DNA of 64,000 nucleotides from a virus: IMG/VR virus record IMGVR_UViG_3300020204_000007, positions 96,001 to 160,000 of that record; one strand, 5' to 3'. Shown piece by piece: positions 1 to 8,456 of this stretch (position 1 is its first letter; each line of letters starts with the position of its first letter). The notes under the pieces were generated by a model. It saw only the letters and a program-made list of their open reading frames with translations, ran no database searches and was not told where the DNA came from. The position numbers and the translations under genes were made by a program.

Positions 1-183
1 GAACTAAAAACAACTATTATCATGGAGCATCGTGACCTCTATAATCATGTGTCAGAAAAAATGACGTTAGAAACATATGGCATAACTATTTCTGATTTGT
101 TACGCTCTTTTGAGCAGGCTCTTCGTGGCGCAGGATTCCAATTTAAAGGCGTACTGGGGATAATTGATGAAGAACAAATATAG
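1..183 (+). CDS. hypothetical protein, 5'-truncated by window edge
   Basis: Frame 1 open from base 1 (ELKTTIIMEHRDLYNH...LRGAGFQFKGVLGIIDEEQI) to TAG at 181-183. Confidence 0.6.
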   Translation, partial: ELKTTIIMEHRDLYNHVSEKMTLETYGITISDLLRSFEQALRGAGFQFKGVLGIIDEEQI

Positions 184-1231
184 CGCACAAATGGATTGGG
201 ATTGGACTATAGATCTTTCTTTAGGTTCTCCGTATGTGTTTAAAGATTATTTACAAAATTATTTAAATGATGCAACTCCATCCCGCGCTATCAAGCTTCA
301 TGAATTAATGCCATACAATAAATTAGGCGTTTTTCCAGAGCTAGAAGAACAGATTTTAAGATTACACAGAAAATATCATCCTAATTTCATTAATAAAAAT
401 ACAAAAATTGTAGTATCCAACGGCGCTACTCATGCAATAATGGCGTTATTTCATTTTGCCTCTAAACAATATTTACCAATGCATGTTCCAGCGCCATTCT
501 GGTTTAGATTACCAGATATGGCAACCATGCAAGATCTAATTCTCACAAAAGAAATTCATGAAGAAATCACATCAGCAACTGCATTATTAACAGTTCCTAA
601 TAATCCAGATGGAAAGTTGCAAGAATTAACGGATAAATCAAAGTATAAATCTGTTTGGTATGACTGTGTTTATAACTGGCCGTGGTATTTTAAAAACAAA
701 AACGACTGGCCACACCAAGCTATTCCAGATCTACCAGAAGTGGCTATATTTAGTTTATCAAAATTCAGCGGTCATTGCGGAACACGTATTGGTTGGATGG
801 TAGTTAATGATCCTCAGCTTGCAAACTTTTTAGAAAATTATATTGAATATGACACAAGCGGAGTTTCTGTAGAAGCACAACTAAGAGCAGCCTCGGTTAT
901 TAAAACGTTTGAAGATAATAATCTAGGAGATGTTTATAAACATATTGTTGATAAAAGAAAAACAGAACTATCTACGGTACTCAAAAAAATTCAAGAAGTG
1001 CATGGTCAAGAATTTAATATCAAAAATTTTTCCATTGAAAATGGCATGTTTGCATGGATTAAAGACGAATTAAACTGTTTTGTGTTAAATGATATTGCAG
1101 TAATGCCTGGTTGGAAATGCGGTGCGGATAATAAATACGTTCGCGTAAATTTATGCGCAGAGCCATGCGATTGGGACGAAATGGTGTATAGGCTTAATAA
1201 CTATATTGTTCGACAGTGTGATAATCTATGA
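167..1231 (+). CDS. PLP-dependent aminotransferase fold-type I, alliinase/TAA1-like
   Basis: Motifs VSNGAT, PNNPDG, YDCVYNWP, FSLSKFSGHCGTRIGW (PLP lysine), GVSVEAQLR, YVRVNL; start could be 167 or 190. Confidence 0.85.
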   Translation: MKNKYSAQMDWDWTIDLSLGSPYVFKDYLQNYLNDATPSRAIKLHELMPYNKLGVFPELEEQILRLHRKYHPNFINKNTKIVVSNGATHAIMALFHFASKQYLPMHVPAPFWFRLPDMATMQDLILTKEIHEEITSATALLTVPNNPDGKLQELTDKSKYKSVWYDCVYNWPWYFKNKNDWPHQAIPDLPEVAIFSLSKFSGHCGTRIGWMVVNDPQLANFLENYIEYDTSGVSVEAQLRAASVIKTFEDNNLGDVYKHIVDKRKTELSTVLKKIQEVHGQEFNIKNFSIENGMFAWIKDELNCFVLNDIAVMPGWKCGADNKYVRVNLCAEPCDWDEMVYRLNNYIVRQCDNL

Positions 1232-1294
1232 GCTCAATTTTAGTTATTAGCCTTATAATCATCGTAGCAGTCCTATTAAAGGAGTTGACGTTGA

Positions 1295-1579
1295 ATGAAT
1301 AGTTTTAAACGCACTGCCGCAAAATTAAGATCTAATTATGTAAAAACAACAGCGTTTTCTCTTCTAAGTCATCCTGAGTTAAAAGAAGGCGAAATGGAAG
1401 AGCTATGGATGATGATAAATACTTGTACTTCATTTACAATTATTAAATATTTGTTTTTAAAACGACTGATTTCAGAATCGAAATGTGCTTCATTACTTGG
1501 TATCAGCAATTCCGATTTAATTTTTAAATATAATAAATATTTTAATCAGGAAATATATGAAAGCTATTTTGGAGTTTAA
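1295..1579 (+). CDS. hypothetical protein
   Basis: ORF with AAGGAG RBS upstream. Confidence 0.55.
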   Translation: MNSFKRTAAKLRSNYVKTTAFSLLSHPELKEGEMEELWMMINTCTSFTIIKYLFLKRLISESKCASLLGISNSDLIFKYNKYFNQEIYESYFGV

Positions 1580-1802
1580 TCTTCCCGAAGACAGAAACGA
1601 ATATACAATGACAACTAGAGCGGTTGATATGTATATTGATTTAACTGAAATTGCAGATAAAATTCGTTCATTTGAAAAATATGGATTAGGAATCGATCCG
1701 CCCGATGAAGGCGTAGATGTAAAAGAATGGTGCAAAGAAATTTCTAAATTAGTTAATGAAATATGGTCTTTATCACATAAAAATACAAGAGATATAGAAT
1801 AA
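1557..1802 (+). CDS. hypothetical phage protein (MKAILEFNLPED type)
   Basis: ORF in co-directional gene string, AGGA RBS. Confidence 0.7.
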   Translation: MKAILEFNLPEDRNEYTMTTRAVDMYIDLTEIADKIRSFEKYGLGIDPPDEGVDVKEWCKEISKLVNEIWSLSHKNTRDIE

Positions 1803-1804
1803 TT

Positions 1805-2065
1805 ATGTCATTCACAGAAAAACATAGATATTCTTTATACGAAATCAGCTACGGCAGAAACGAATTATTTGAAACATTTTATATGTCTCAATTTCCAAAT
1901 AACCAAGAAATTTTTGATGCATTGTATCAAAACAAATTTTTTGGAAGCATGGCTCAATTTGATGAATATAAATTTGAAAGAATTGATGATAAATGGTTTA
2001 AACCAACTGTTCGAGTATTTTTAATAGAAGATTATCCAAGATTAATTTGGGAGATACGACCATGA
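1805..2065 (+). CDS. hypothetical protein
   Basis: ORF abutting neighbours. Confidence 0.6.
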   Translation: MSFTEKHRYSLYEISYGRNELFETFYMSQFPNNQEIFDALYQNKFFGSMAQFDEYKFERIDDKWFKPTVRVFLIEDYPRLIWEIRP

Positions 2066-2295
2066 GAGTTAGTTTATATGGCGGTCTTATTGCAGATCTT
2101 AAAAAATATACATATGAAATTGGATTTTCATTGTTCGAGTGGGGTTTGATTTATAAAAATACTAAAACAATAACAGTATTAGTTGTAGGACCATTTAGTT
2201 TACATATTTGTAATAACGAAGAACTGGAAAAAAAATTAGACGAAATGGTTTATAAAGATTTTGAAGGAGAAGACGATGCCACTAGTAGCAGCTAA
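2062..2295 (+). CDS. hypothetical protein
   Basis: ATGA overlap with upstream stop, GGAG RBS. Confidence 0.6.
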   Translation: MRVSLYGGLIADLKKYTYEIGFSLFEWGLIYKNTKTITVLVVGPFSLHICNNEELEKKLDEMVYKDFEGEDDATSSS

Positions 2296-2578
2296 ATTAA
2301 AAGCCGCGATGAAGGCTAGATTATTGCAAGAATTTCAATCACAGTTTCAAGGAGATCAAGCAGAAAACAAAACTGCTGCGGCTTCTTGGGAAAAAATGTC
2401 TACGGCTATTTCTGCAATTGCAGAAGACATTGTGCTGGCTCTGCAAACAGATGCAGAAATTTTACCAGGAATAGCTGTTACAGTTAACCCAGGTATTCCA
2501 ACTGCAGGTTCTCCCGCAAGCCAAGTAACTGTTGGCCCTGGAACTGGTATGACAACTGCCCCTGCAAAAATAACTTGA
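2276..2578 (+). CDS. hypothetical protein, possibly virion/baseplate-associated
   Basis: AAGGAG RBS; helical N-half then G/P/T-rich C-terminus (PGIPTAGSPASQVTVGPGTG). Confidence 0.6.
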   Translation: MPLVAAKLKAAMKARLLQEFQSQFQGDQAENKTAAASWEKMSTAISAIAEDIVLALQTDAEILPGIAVTVNPGIPTAGSPASQVTVGPGTGMTTAPAKIT

Positions 2579-2736
2579 GGTAATTATGTTAGATTTTTTT
2601 GGAAAAAAGAAAAAAGAAATTGAAATTTTAAATAAAATAATTGATAAATTATCTTTTTTGTTAGTGCAAAAAGGGGTGAGTCCTGCAAAAGTTCAAGAAA
2701 TCATCACAAGTACTCGTAAAACAAACGAATTAAACA

Positions 2737-3099
2737 ATGAAAAATAATGAAAAACTCTCAGATGCAGTTTCTGCGTTTGAAACATTCAAAAATTTATATC
2801 CGGAATTGTATTCTTCCGTCGTAAATGGAGCCGGCCCTGCTAAATACGGCAATGCAGTGCGTGATACATGGTTTTTAGGCTTCAGCGTCACCGATGCAGC
2901 AAATGTGCATGACTACCTATACAGTAAATATTGTGATGGCAAAAGATTTTCTAGAAAAGATGCCGATGATATTTTTTTAGAATTAATGCAACAAAAATTA
3001 TCTCAACAAAGTTTAATGTCTAGAGCCTTAAATACACCAATTATCTATGCGATTTGGTCTTCGGTAAGATTATGCGGTGCTCTTTTTTGGAAAAAATAA
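2737..3099 (+). CDS. DUF1353-like protein
   Basis: AANVHDYLYS ... RKDADDIF ... AIWSSVRL pattern. Confidence 0.6.
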   Translation: MKNNEKLSDAVSAFETFKNLYPELYSSVVNGAGPAKYGNAVRDTWFLGFSVTDAANVHDYLYSKYCDGKRFSRKDADDIFLELMQQKLSQQSLMSRALNTPIIYAIWSSVRLCGALFWKK

Positions 3100-3516
3100 A
3101 TGGCTACGACAAGATTGTTTTCATTTCGTATTAATAATGTTGCATTCAAAAACATTCAGCCTTTTTTATTAGAAATTAATAAAGAAAAAATCAATCCAAT
3201 AGTTAAATTTTTTCATAAAATTTTTGGTATGCATGTTGAGCCAAGATATGTAATCAAATTTAAATATAAAGATCAAAATGATGATTTTAAATCAGATAAT
3301 ATCTTCTTTATAGACAAAGCAGAGGCAGAATATTGGTATAGTTTTATCTTTGATGCAGTTTTTTTAGAAAAGAATTTGACCGCAATGCCACCTAAAAAAC
3401 CCGCTCCGCCTGCGCCTAACCCAAAACCCAAAATAAAACCTTTAGAAAAATTAAATAAACCAGATCATTTGAAAGTTGTAAAAGATAATGACTCAAAAGA
3501 AGATCCCAAGGAATAA
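3100..3516 (+). CDS. hypothetical protein with Pro/Lys-rich tail
   Basis: ORF starts immediately after upstream stop. Confidence 0.6.
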   Translation: MATTRLFSFRINNVAFKNIQPFLLEINKEKINPIVKFFHKIFGMHVEPRYVIKFKYKDQNDDFKSDNIFFIDKAEAEYWYSFIFDAVFLEKNLTAMPPKKPAPPAPNPKPKIKPLEKLNKPDHLKVVKDNDSKEDPKE

Positions 3517-3853
3517 AAGAGTTCATCATGCTAGCGGTTCTGTTAAATCTGTCTATAAAGAAGACGTTGCTGGTATGATACAAGATTATCAAGACTATAG
3601 GGAAAAGTCTAAACATACATATTTGTTCTACTCTGAACGAACAAAAACCGTAAAAGACCACTTATTTGCCACAGAGCTTTTATCTCTAAAAGAACTTGAG
3701 GATGTTGTGGATGAAGATTTTCTTAAATATTTAGTTTCCTGCGAAAACATTGTAGAGTTTTTATTACGTCGAATAGAAACTCTAGAAAAAAGTATTTTAC
3801 GTGTTCAATATGACTCGGAAGATGTTATACAAGAACTAATAGATGATATTTAA
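3488..3853 (+). CDS. hypothetical protein (paralogue of 4191-4580 and 4577-4918)
   Basis: Shared C-terminal motif Y-xx-(S/A)-x-(E/Q)N...L-x-(R/H)I-xx-LE...EL. Confidence 0.65.
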   Translation: MTQKKIPRNKRVHHASGSVKSVYKEDVAGMIQDYQDYREKSKHTYLFYSERTKTVKDHLFATELLSLKELEDVVDEDFLKYLVSCENIVEFLLRRIETLEKSILRVQYDSEDVIQELIDDI

Positions 3854-3877
3854 CTACGCTCGCGGTAAAAAATAAAA

Positions 3878-4135
3878 ATGAAAACTCAAAACAACTATCT
3901 AGAATTACAACTAAATTTCTCAACCGAAGAAAAAAGAATCATCACGCAAATAGAAACCCTGCATAAACACAAATCACAAATGAACGATTACTTGCGTCTA
4001 AAAGTTGAGCAAGAAGATTGGCATGGCGTAGCTGATGCTGCTATGGACATCCGAGAAATTGTTGCAAAAATAACCACGCTACAGAGTGTCCTAGATGATT
4101 TGACAGTCGATAGTATGTCTAGCAAACAGAAATAG
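3878..4135 (+). CDS. hypothetical protein
   Basis: Helical ORF with DWHGVADAAMDIRE motif. Confidence 0.65.
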   Translation: MKTQNNYLELQLNFSTEEKRIITQIETLHKHKSQMNDYLRLKVEQEDWHGVADAAMDIREIVAKITTLQSVLDDLTVDSMSSKQK

Positions 4136-4204
4136 GAACCATATAGTATGTCAAACCATACCTAGTGATCTAAAATAGGAACCATATAGTATGTCAAACC
4201 ATAC
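4130..4204 (+). repeat. 32-bp direct repeat duplicating an RBS and start codon
   Basis: AAATAGGAACCATATAGTATGTCAAACCATAC at 4130-4161 and 4173-4204. Confidence 0.9.
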
Positions 4205-4580
4205 TGACACACCATTTGCCATATTACAATCCGACTTAGATCCCTTTGTAGACGTATATGAACGTATGAACAAAGTATTATCTGTATATGTAATGGTACC
4301 TGTTCCCTTCGGTCACAGTGCCTTGACATATTTTGAAAATAACAACACACACAAAGTGATGATAGTTGATGCCGACGGCCGCGAAATTATAAGCCTACCG
4401 CGCAATATCCACAATTTGCCTGCTTCGTATTCGAACGAGGACATTTTGCGCTACTTTGTAGCTTGCGAAAACTTAGTGCCATTGCTCCTAGGCAGAATCA
4501 AACAACTAGAACAAATCTTATGTGATAGCAATAGCGATATAGCCAAACCCATTTTAGAAGAATTGGCAGAAAAATTATGA
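4191..4580 (+). CDS. hypothetical protein (paralogue family)
   Basis: ILRYFVACENLVPLLLGRIKQLE. Confidence 0.65.
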   Translation: MSNHTDTPFAILQSDLDPFVDVYERMNKVLSVYVMVPVPFGHSALTYFENNNTHKVMIVDADGREIISLPRNIHNLPASYSNEDILRYFVACENLVPLLLGRIKQLEQILCDSNSDIAKPILEELAEKL

Positions 4581-4918
4581 GCAGTCTAGAATACTATAAA
4601 CGCGCACTACAAGAAGTTCAAAGGTGTAGCAGCCCAATAGAACATGAGTCTCGCGGATATTGGTTTTATATGGAAGACCGTTCCGAAACTCCATCCGACG
4701 AGGACAAAATTGACATATATTGCGACCTATACATAGAACCCATCTTGACTATTGCGTGGACCGAACACAATCTAAATATGACTCGCTATATAATAGCTCT
4801 TCAGAATTTATCCCTTCCAGCATTGCGCCATATTATCTGCCTTGAAGATGCCCTTATGGGATTAACCACCGACGAATTTAAAGATAAACTAATAAAAGAA
4901 CTAGCCGAAGATGTATGA
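4577..4918 (+). CDS. hypothetical protein (paralogue family)
   Basis: TRYIIALQNLSLPALRHIICLE; ATGA overlap. Confidence 0.65.
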   Translation: MSSLEYYKRALQEVQRCSSPIEHESRGYWFYMEDRSETPSDEDKIDIYCDLYIEPILTIAWTEHNLNMTRYIIALQNLSLPALRHIICLEDALMGLTTDEFKDKLIKELAEDV

Positions 4919-5114
4919 CGCTCTAATAGAAATTATTAAGCAGCGTAAAACTAAAGTTATTGGCATACACGACCTGGAAAGAGCAGCCAATCTACCAAAA
5001 GATTCTTTAGACGACGACTCATTGGCGGAATTATGTCGTCAACTCCGCGAAGAACATGTTATTGCATATGTACAAGGAAAAGGATTGTTTAAACATATAA
5101 GGATAACGGAATGA
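4911..5114 (+). CDS. small hypothetical protein, possible winged helix
   Basis: Overlapping ORF in gene string. Confidence 0.5.
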   Translation: MYDALIEIIKQRKTKVIGIHDLERAANLPKDSLDDDSLAELCRQLREEHVIAYVQGKGLFKHIRITE

Positions 5115-5286
5115 GCGGAGAACTTTTTTTGATCCTAATCGTTGTATTTATCATTGTTGCGGTCATTGGGTAATATATGGAAAGGCTCATAGTAATTCCA
5201 ATAGAGTTTGGAATTTATGTTACGGCTGTAGTTGCTCTAAAAATATTAGAGTGTCCATTTAAAATTGAAGATTTAAGGTTTGAACA

Positions 5287-5757
5287 ATGGCAAGATTAAG
5301 CGTTCTATTATTGTTGGTAATGTGTACGGCTTCGTGTTTGTCGTTGCGCCCTCCTATGTATTACACCGACGCTCGCTTGCAGGCAGAAATTTCTAACTTT
5401 TTTCAAGACTGTTTAGGATATTTTCATAGGGCGCAATGTATGCCCGAAGTGAATGTAGAAGTTAAAGTAGTTGATTTGCCCGATACTACATTAGGCATTT
5501 GTACTATCTATCCGGATAATTCTTTGAAAATTAAAATCGACAGCTCGGTAGTGGATTCTCCTTTAAGGAAGTTGGTTGTATATCACGAGCTAATGCATTG
5601 TGTTTTTGATGTAGAGCATTATGACGACGATATTGACATTATGAACAAAGATGCAACGAACGATGAAGAAATCATCAAACATTTTAATTATTATTTACAG
5701 AAATCTTTTACTAGAATTCGTATGGAAATGTTTCAACGAATGCTAAAAAAGAAATAA
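5287..5757 (+). CDS. secreted/lipoprotein zinc metallopeptidase (matrixin-like)
   Basis: Hydrophobic N-terminus with Cys; HELMHCVFDVEH (HExxHxxxxxH) followed by IM Met-turn. Confidence 0.75.
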   Translation: MARLSVLLLLVMCTASCLSLRPPMYYTDARLQAEISNFFQDCLGYFHRAQCMPEVNVEVKVVDLPDTTLGICTIYPDNSLKIKIDSSVVDSPLRKLVVYHELMHCVFDVEHYDDDIDIMNKDATNDEEIIKHFNYYLQKSFTRIRMEMFQRMLKKK

Positions 5758-5857
5758 TAATATTTGGGTCGCTATGTTTGGGGGTAATATCCTGCCCCTT
5801 GCTCTTTGAAAATATTATATACCGATTACCCAGGCCCCCCGACTGCCTAAATATTTT

Positions 5858-6102
5858 GCACTGTCCAACTTTTTTACACTGTCCAAGGTTTTTACACTGT
5901 ATAGTTTGTGTACAGTTGTACAACTTTTATACACTGTCGAATGTTTATACACACTGTATAACACCTATACACTGTACAATCCTTAGCCGCCTAAAAATTG
6001 GCCGGGGGTGTCGAAATTTTATACAGGAAAAATCGACCGCCGAGGGTGTAAAAACTTTATACACTGTGTCGAAATTTTAGTCGGCTAATTTTTGGACACT
6101 GT
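5858..6102. repeat. array of (A/G)CACTGT heptamers, about 18-bp period; candidate terminus/packaging or origin element
   Basis: Copies at 5858, 5876, 5894, 5931, 5951, 5969, 6061, 6096 in non-coding DNA. Confidence 0.8.
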
Positions 6103-6121
6103 TTATTTTTTAAACACCCCC

Positions 6122-6156
6122 TTGGCACGGTTTTTGCTACAGCAAATTGCGTGCCA
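6122..6156. promoter_or_regulatory. head-to-head pair of sigma-54 -24/-12 boxes
   Basis: TTGGCACGGTTTTTGCT (+, 6122-6138) and TGGCACGCAATTTGCT (-, 6141-6156); exact GG-N10-GC. Confidence 0.8.
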
Positions 6157-6166
6157 TTGCACGGGT

Positions 6167-6195
6167 TTAAGTTTACCAATAGCGGTTGCCGATAA
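6167..6195 (+). promoter_or_regulatory. sigma-28-type promoter, long-spacer class
   Basis: TTAAGTTT-N13-GCCGATAA followed by 5' hairpin and GGAGG RBS. Confidence 0.7.
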
Positions 6196-6243
6196 ATATA
6201 TTGTAAGGAGCGAGTGTTCCTTACAAAACATCGGAGGTTTACC

Positions 6244-6672
6244 ATGGCAAAAATTGCTCGCTACGCTGGCCGGGAGTTGCAAATCGTAAACGCAGTAATT
6301 GCCGCTTTTGGCGGCAAGGAAATTTGGAACCAGGATTTAGCATCCTGGCTCCGCAGCCAGTTTCCCGACGTGCTCGGCGGCACCCGCGCCGCCGAAAATT
6401 TCCTGGAAGCCGTCGGCATGGCGGATTTTGCCAGCGCCCACTCCCGCACCGGCAAGCCCCGCACCCTCGGATACGCCGCATTCCGCGGCGTGCGCCGCCA
6501 CCGGGCTGGCGAGCCTGCCCACACCGAGCCTCGCGCTCGGTACTGGGTTATTCCCAGTCGACCCTACACCGCCCTGCTTACTAAGCAGGAAGTATTCGCC
6601 CGCCTAGGGGCAGCCGTGCCACGGCCGCTCCCCACCAAGGAGCGCACCACACCCTACCACAAGGTAGGGTAA
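6244..6672 (+). CDS. basic early protein, related to 8457-8864 and 9494-9883
   Basis: GGAGG RBS, ATG 6244; IVNAVIAAFGGKEIWNQDLASWLRSQFPDVL aligns with paralogues; followed by GC hairpin. Confidence 0.75.
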   Translation: MAKIARYAGRELQIVNAVIAAFGGKEIWNQDLASWLRSQFPDVLGGTRAAENFLEAVGMADFASAHSRTGKPRTLGYAAFRGVRRHRAGEPAHTEPRARYWVIPSRPYTALLTKQEVFARLGAAVPRPLPTKERTTPYHKVG

Positions 6673-6775
6673 TCCCGCGGGGGGCGCAAGCCCCCAACAC
6701 TCCCCCACATTTTAGTGGCTACGGGGGACGTAGCATCCACACCCAACGGGGGTACAGCCCCCACAGGAGGTTTCC

Positions 6776-6946
6776 ATGTCCAACAACCAACGCTCCATCC
6801 TGTCCGCACCCAACCCTTTCGACCCATCCAACGACTGGGTGGACGAGTGGGATATGCCCACCGACCCCTACGAACTCCTGGACCGGGAGTACCGTAGGGA
6901 GGAAGCCCTCGAACTCGCTAAGGAACGAAAATACGGAAGGGGGTAA
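6776..6946 (+). CDS. small acidic hypothetical protein (56 aa, not in ORF track)
   Basis: AGGAGG RBS; MSNNQRSILSAPNPFDPSNDWVDEWDMPTDPYELLDREYRREEALELAKERKYGRG. Confidence 0.7.
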   Translation: MSNNQRSILSAPNPFDPSNDWVDEWDMPTDPYELLDREYRREEALELAKERKYGRG

Positions 6947-7030
6947 TACCCCTCCGCTCCCACCACATTTAGTGGCTCGGTGGGACGAGCAAAACAACCA
7001 ACGGGGGCTCCGCCCCCACAGGAGGATACT

Positions 7031-7285
7031 ATGTCCAACAACAACTCCATCCTCGTTTACCGCGCATATGCCACCGAGGGCGTCCATGCCCTCGTGTTGG
7101 CGAGCACTGCTCGCTCGTTCCACCCCGACGAGGTCGGGTGCTACCGACGGGAGGTGGATGTCCTCCTCCCCTGCGGGCGGCGGGTAACCGCCCGCAAGGA
7201 GGCCGGGTTCGACGGCCTCGGCTCCGGCCAATACTCGGGGTGGGGCATCCCCGAGGAGGACGGGGGTTACCACCTGCAATGGTAG
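7031..7285 (+). CDS. hypothetical protein
   Basis: AGGAGG RBS, MSNNNSIL start resembling 6776 gene; terminator follows. Confidence 0.7.
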   Translation: MSNNNSILVYRAYATEGVHALVLASTARSFHPDEVGCYRREVDVLLPCGRRVTARKEAGFDGLGSGQYSGWGIPEEDGGYHLQW

Positions 7286-7291
7286 TCCCAC

Positions 7292-7319
7292 GGGGGGGTA
7301 ACCCCCCCATCCTTTTTTT
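7292..7319 (+). terminator. intrinsic terminator
   Basis: G7-TAA-C7 stem then T run. Confidence 0.8.
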
Positions 7320-7348
7320 ACTACTGGATAACAGAGCTCTGTTATTAC

Positions 7349-7432
7349 TTGGCACAGTTATTGCTTATTGTTCCTTTAACAGAATTCTGTTATTACTTGG
7401 CACATAACTTGCTATAGCAACAACTATGCCAA
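7349..7432. promoter_or_regulatory. three sigma-54 boxes (one single, one head-to-head pair)
   Basis: TTGGCACAGTTATTGCT 7349-7365(+), TTGGCACATAACTTGCT 7397-7413(+), TTGGCATAGTTGTTGCT 7416-7432(-). Confidence 0.8.
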
Positions 7433-7451
7433 TGGAATCTGTTATTTAAAT

Positions 7452-7480
7452 TTAAGTTTACCGTTAGTGGATACCGATAA
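7452..7480 (+). promoter_or_regulatory. sigma-28-type promoter, long-spacer class
   Basis: TTAAGTTT-N13-ACCGATAA, then TGTAGG..CCTACA hairpin. Confidence 0.7.
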
Positions 7481-7525
7481 ATATTATGTAGGAAATAACT
7501 CCTACAAACATCGAAAGGGTTTACC

Positions 7526-7777
7526 ATGGGAAACATTTTCGCTGCCGAAAAATTCGCGAAGCAATGCACCGCATTGGATAGCTGCGGAGTGGAATATTGC
7601 AGGGGGGTGGTTGTCCTCCGCTACGGGGGGACACTTGGGATAATGTTTCCCGATGGTTCCTGCGCATTTGTCGAGGTGGTGCATGGCGACGAGGATGTGG
7701 CCGACCAGCTCCGAATCGAGGTGGATACGCCCTTCGGCAGTAGCGTCCACTACCGATGGATGGACGAGGCGGGGTAA
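7526..7777 (+). CDS. small acidic cassette protein (similar to 8024-8251)
   Basis: Between promoter and terminator; FPDGS resembles CSDGS in neighbour. Confidence 0.75.
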   Translation: MGNIFAAEKFAKQCTALDSCGVEYCRGVVVLRYGGTLGIMFPDGSCAFVEVVHGDEDVADQLRIEVDTPFGSSVHYRWMDEAG

Positions 7778-7798
7778 CCCCCCCCGCCTTCCTTTTTT
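7767..7798 (+). terminator. intrinsic terminator
   Basis: AGGCGGGG..CCCCGCCT stem and T run. Confidence 0.75.
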
Positions 7799-7826
7799 GT
7801 TCACCTTAACAGAGCTCTGTTATTAC

Positions 7827-7912
7827 TTGGCACAGTTGTTGCTTACGACACCTATTACAGAATTCTGTTAAAATGTTTGGCATACAACTTGCTATAGCAA
7901 CAACTATGCCAA
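7827..7912. promoter_or_regulatory. three sigma-54 boxes (one single, one head-to-head pair)
   Basis: 7827-7843(+), 7877-7893(+), 7896-7912(-). Confidence 0.8.
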
Positions 7913-7949
7913 TGGAATCTGTTATGGAAACCAAATCTGTTATTAAAAT

Positions 7950-7978
7950 TTAAGTTTACCTTTGTTGGGTACCGATAA
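7950..7978 (+). promoter_or_regulatory. sigma-28-type promoter, long-spacer class
   Basis: TTAAGTTT-N13-ACCGATAA, then TGTAAGC..GCTTACA hairpin. Confidence 0.7.
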
Positions 7979-8023
7979 AGGTGTTGTAAGCAATGCAGCT
8001 TACACTAACAGCAGGGGTTTGTT

Positions 8024-8251
8024 ATGCAAGCACACACACTCGCAACGATTTTGGAGCAAGGCAATGTTATGGCATTCCATGGGAACGACGGCAGGATGTT
8101 CCTCCAAGTGTTGTGCTCGGATGGCTCGGAATTAGTTGCGGAAATGGACGACACAGGCGGTGTTGTGGATTTACGGGTGTACAGGGAAGCGTTGGACAGG
8201 GAGGGGTTGGAGTTCGACAGGGTTGTTGTCGAAGCAGGGCTGGCTCCCTAA
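8024..8251 (+). CDS. small acidic cassette protein
   Basis: AGGGGG RBS; flanked by promoter and terminator. Confidence 0.75.
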   Translation: MQAHTLATILEQGNVMAFHGNDGRMFLQVLCSDGSELVAEMDDTGGVVDLRVYREALDREGLEFDRVVVEAGLAP

Positions 8252-8253
8252 TC

Positions 8254-8280
8254 AGGGGGGGCTCTGCCCCTTCCTTTTTT
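8254..8280 (+). terminator. intrinsic terminator
   Basis: G/C stem and T run. Confidence 0.7.
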
Positions 8281-8308
8281 GTTCACCTTAACAGAATTCT
8301 GTTATTAC

Positions 8309-8344
8309 TTGGCATACAACTTGCTATAGCAACAACTATGCCAA
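8309..8344. promoter_or_regulatory. head-to-head pair of sigma-54 boxes
   Basis: TTGGCATACAACTTGCT-AT-AGCAACAACTATGCCAA. Confidence 0.8.
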
Positions 8345-8381
8345 TGGAATCTGTTATGGAAACCAAATCTGTTATTAAAAT

Positions 8382-8410
8382 TTAAGTTTACCTTTGTTGG
8401 GTACCGATAA
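8382..8410 (+). promoter_or_regulatory. sigma-28-type promoter, long-spacer class
   Basis: TTAAGTTT-N13-ACCGATAA, then GCGAGG..CCTCGC hairpin. Confidence 0.7.
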
Positions 8411-8456
8411 AGGTTATGCGAGGGATGTTCCTCGCCTTTATTAAAGGGGTTCCAGT

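Noticed and set aside
5778-6080. 100-aa Cys/His-rich ORF (LHCP repeats)
   Set aside because: Translation of the ACACTGT DNA repeat; TTG start, no RBS.
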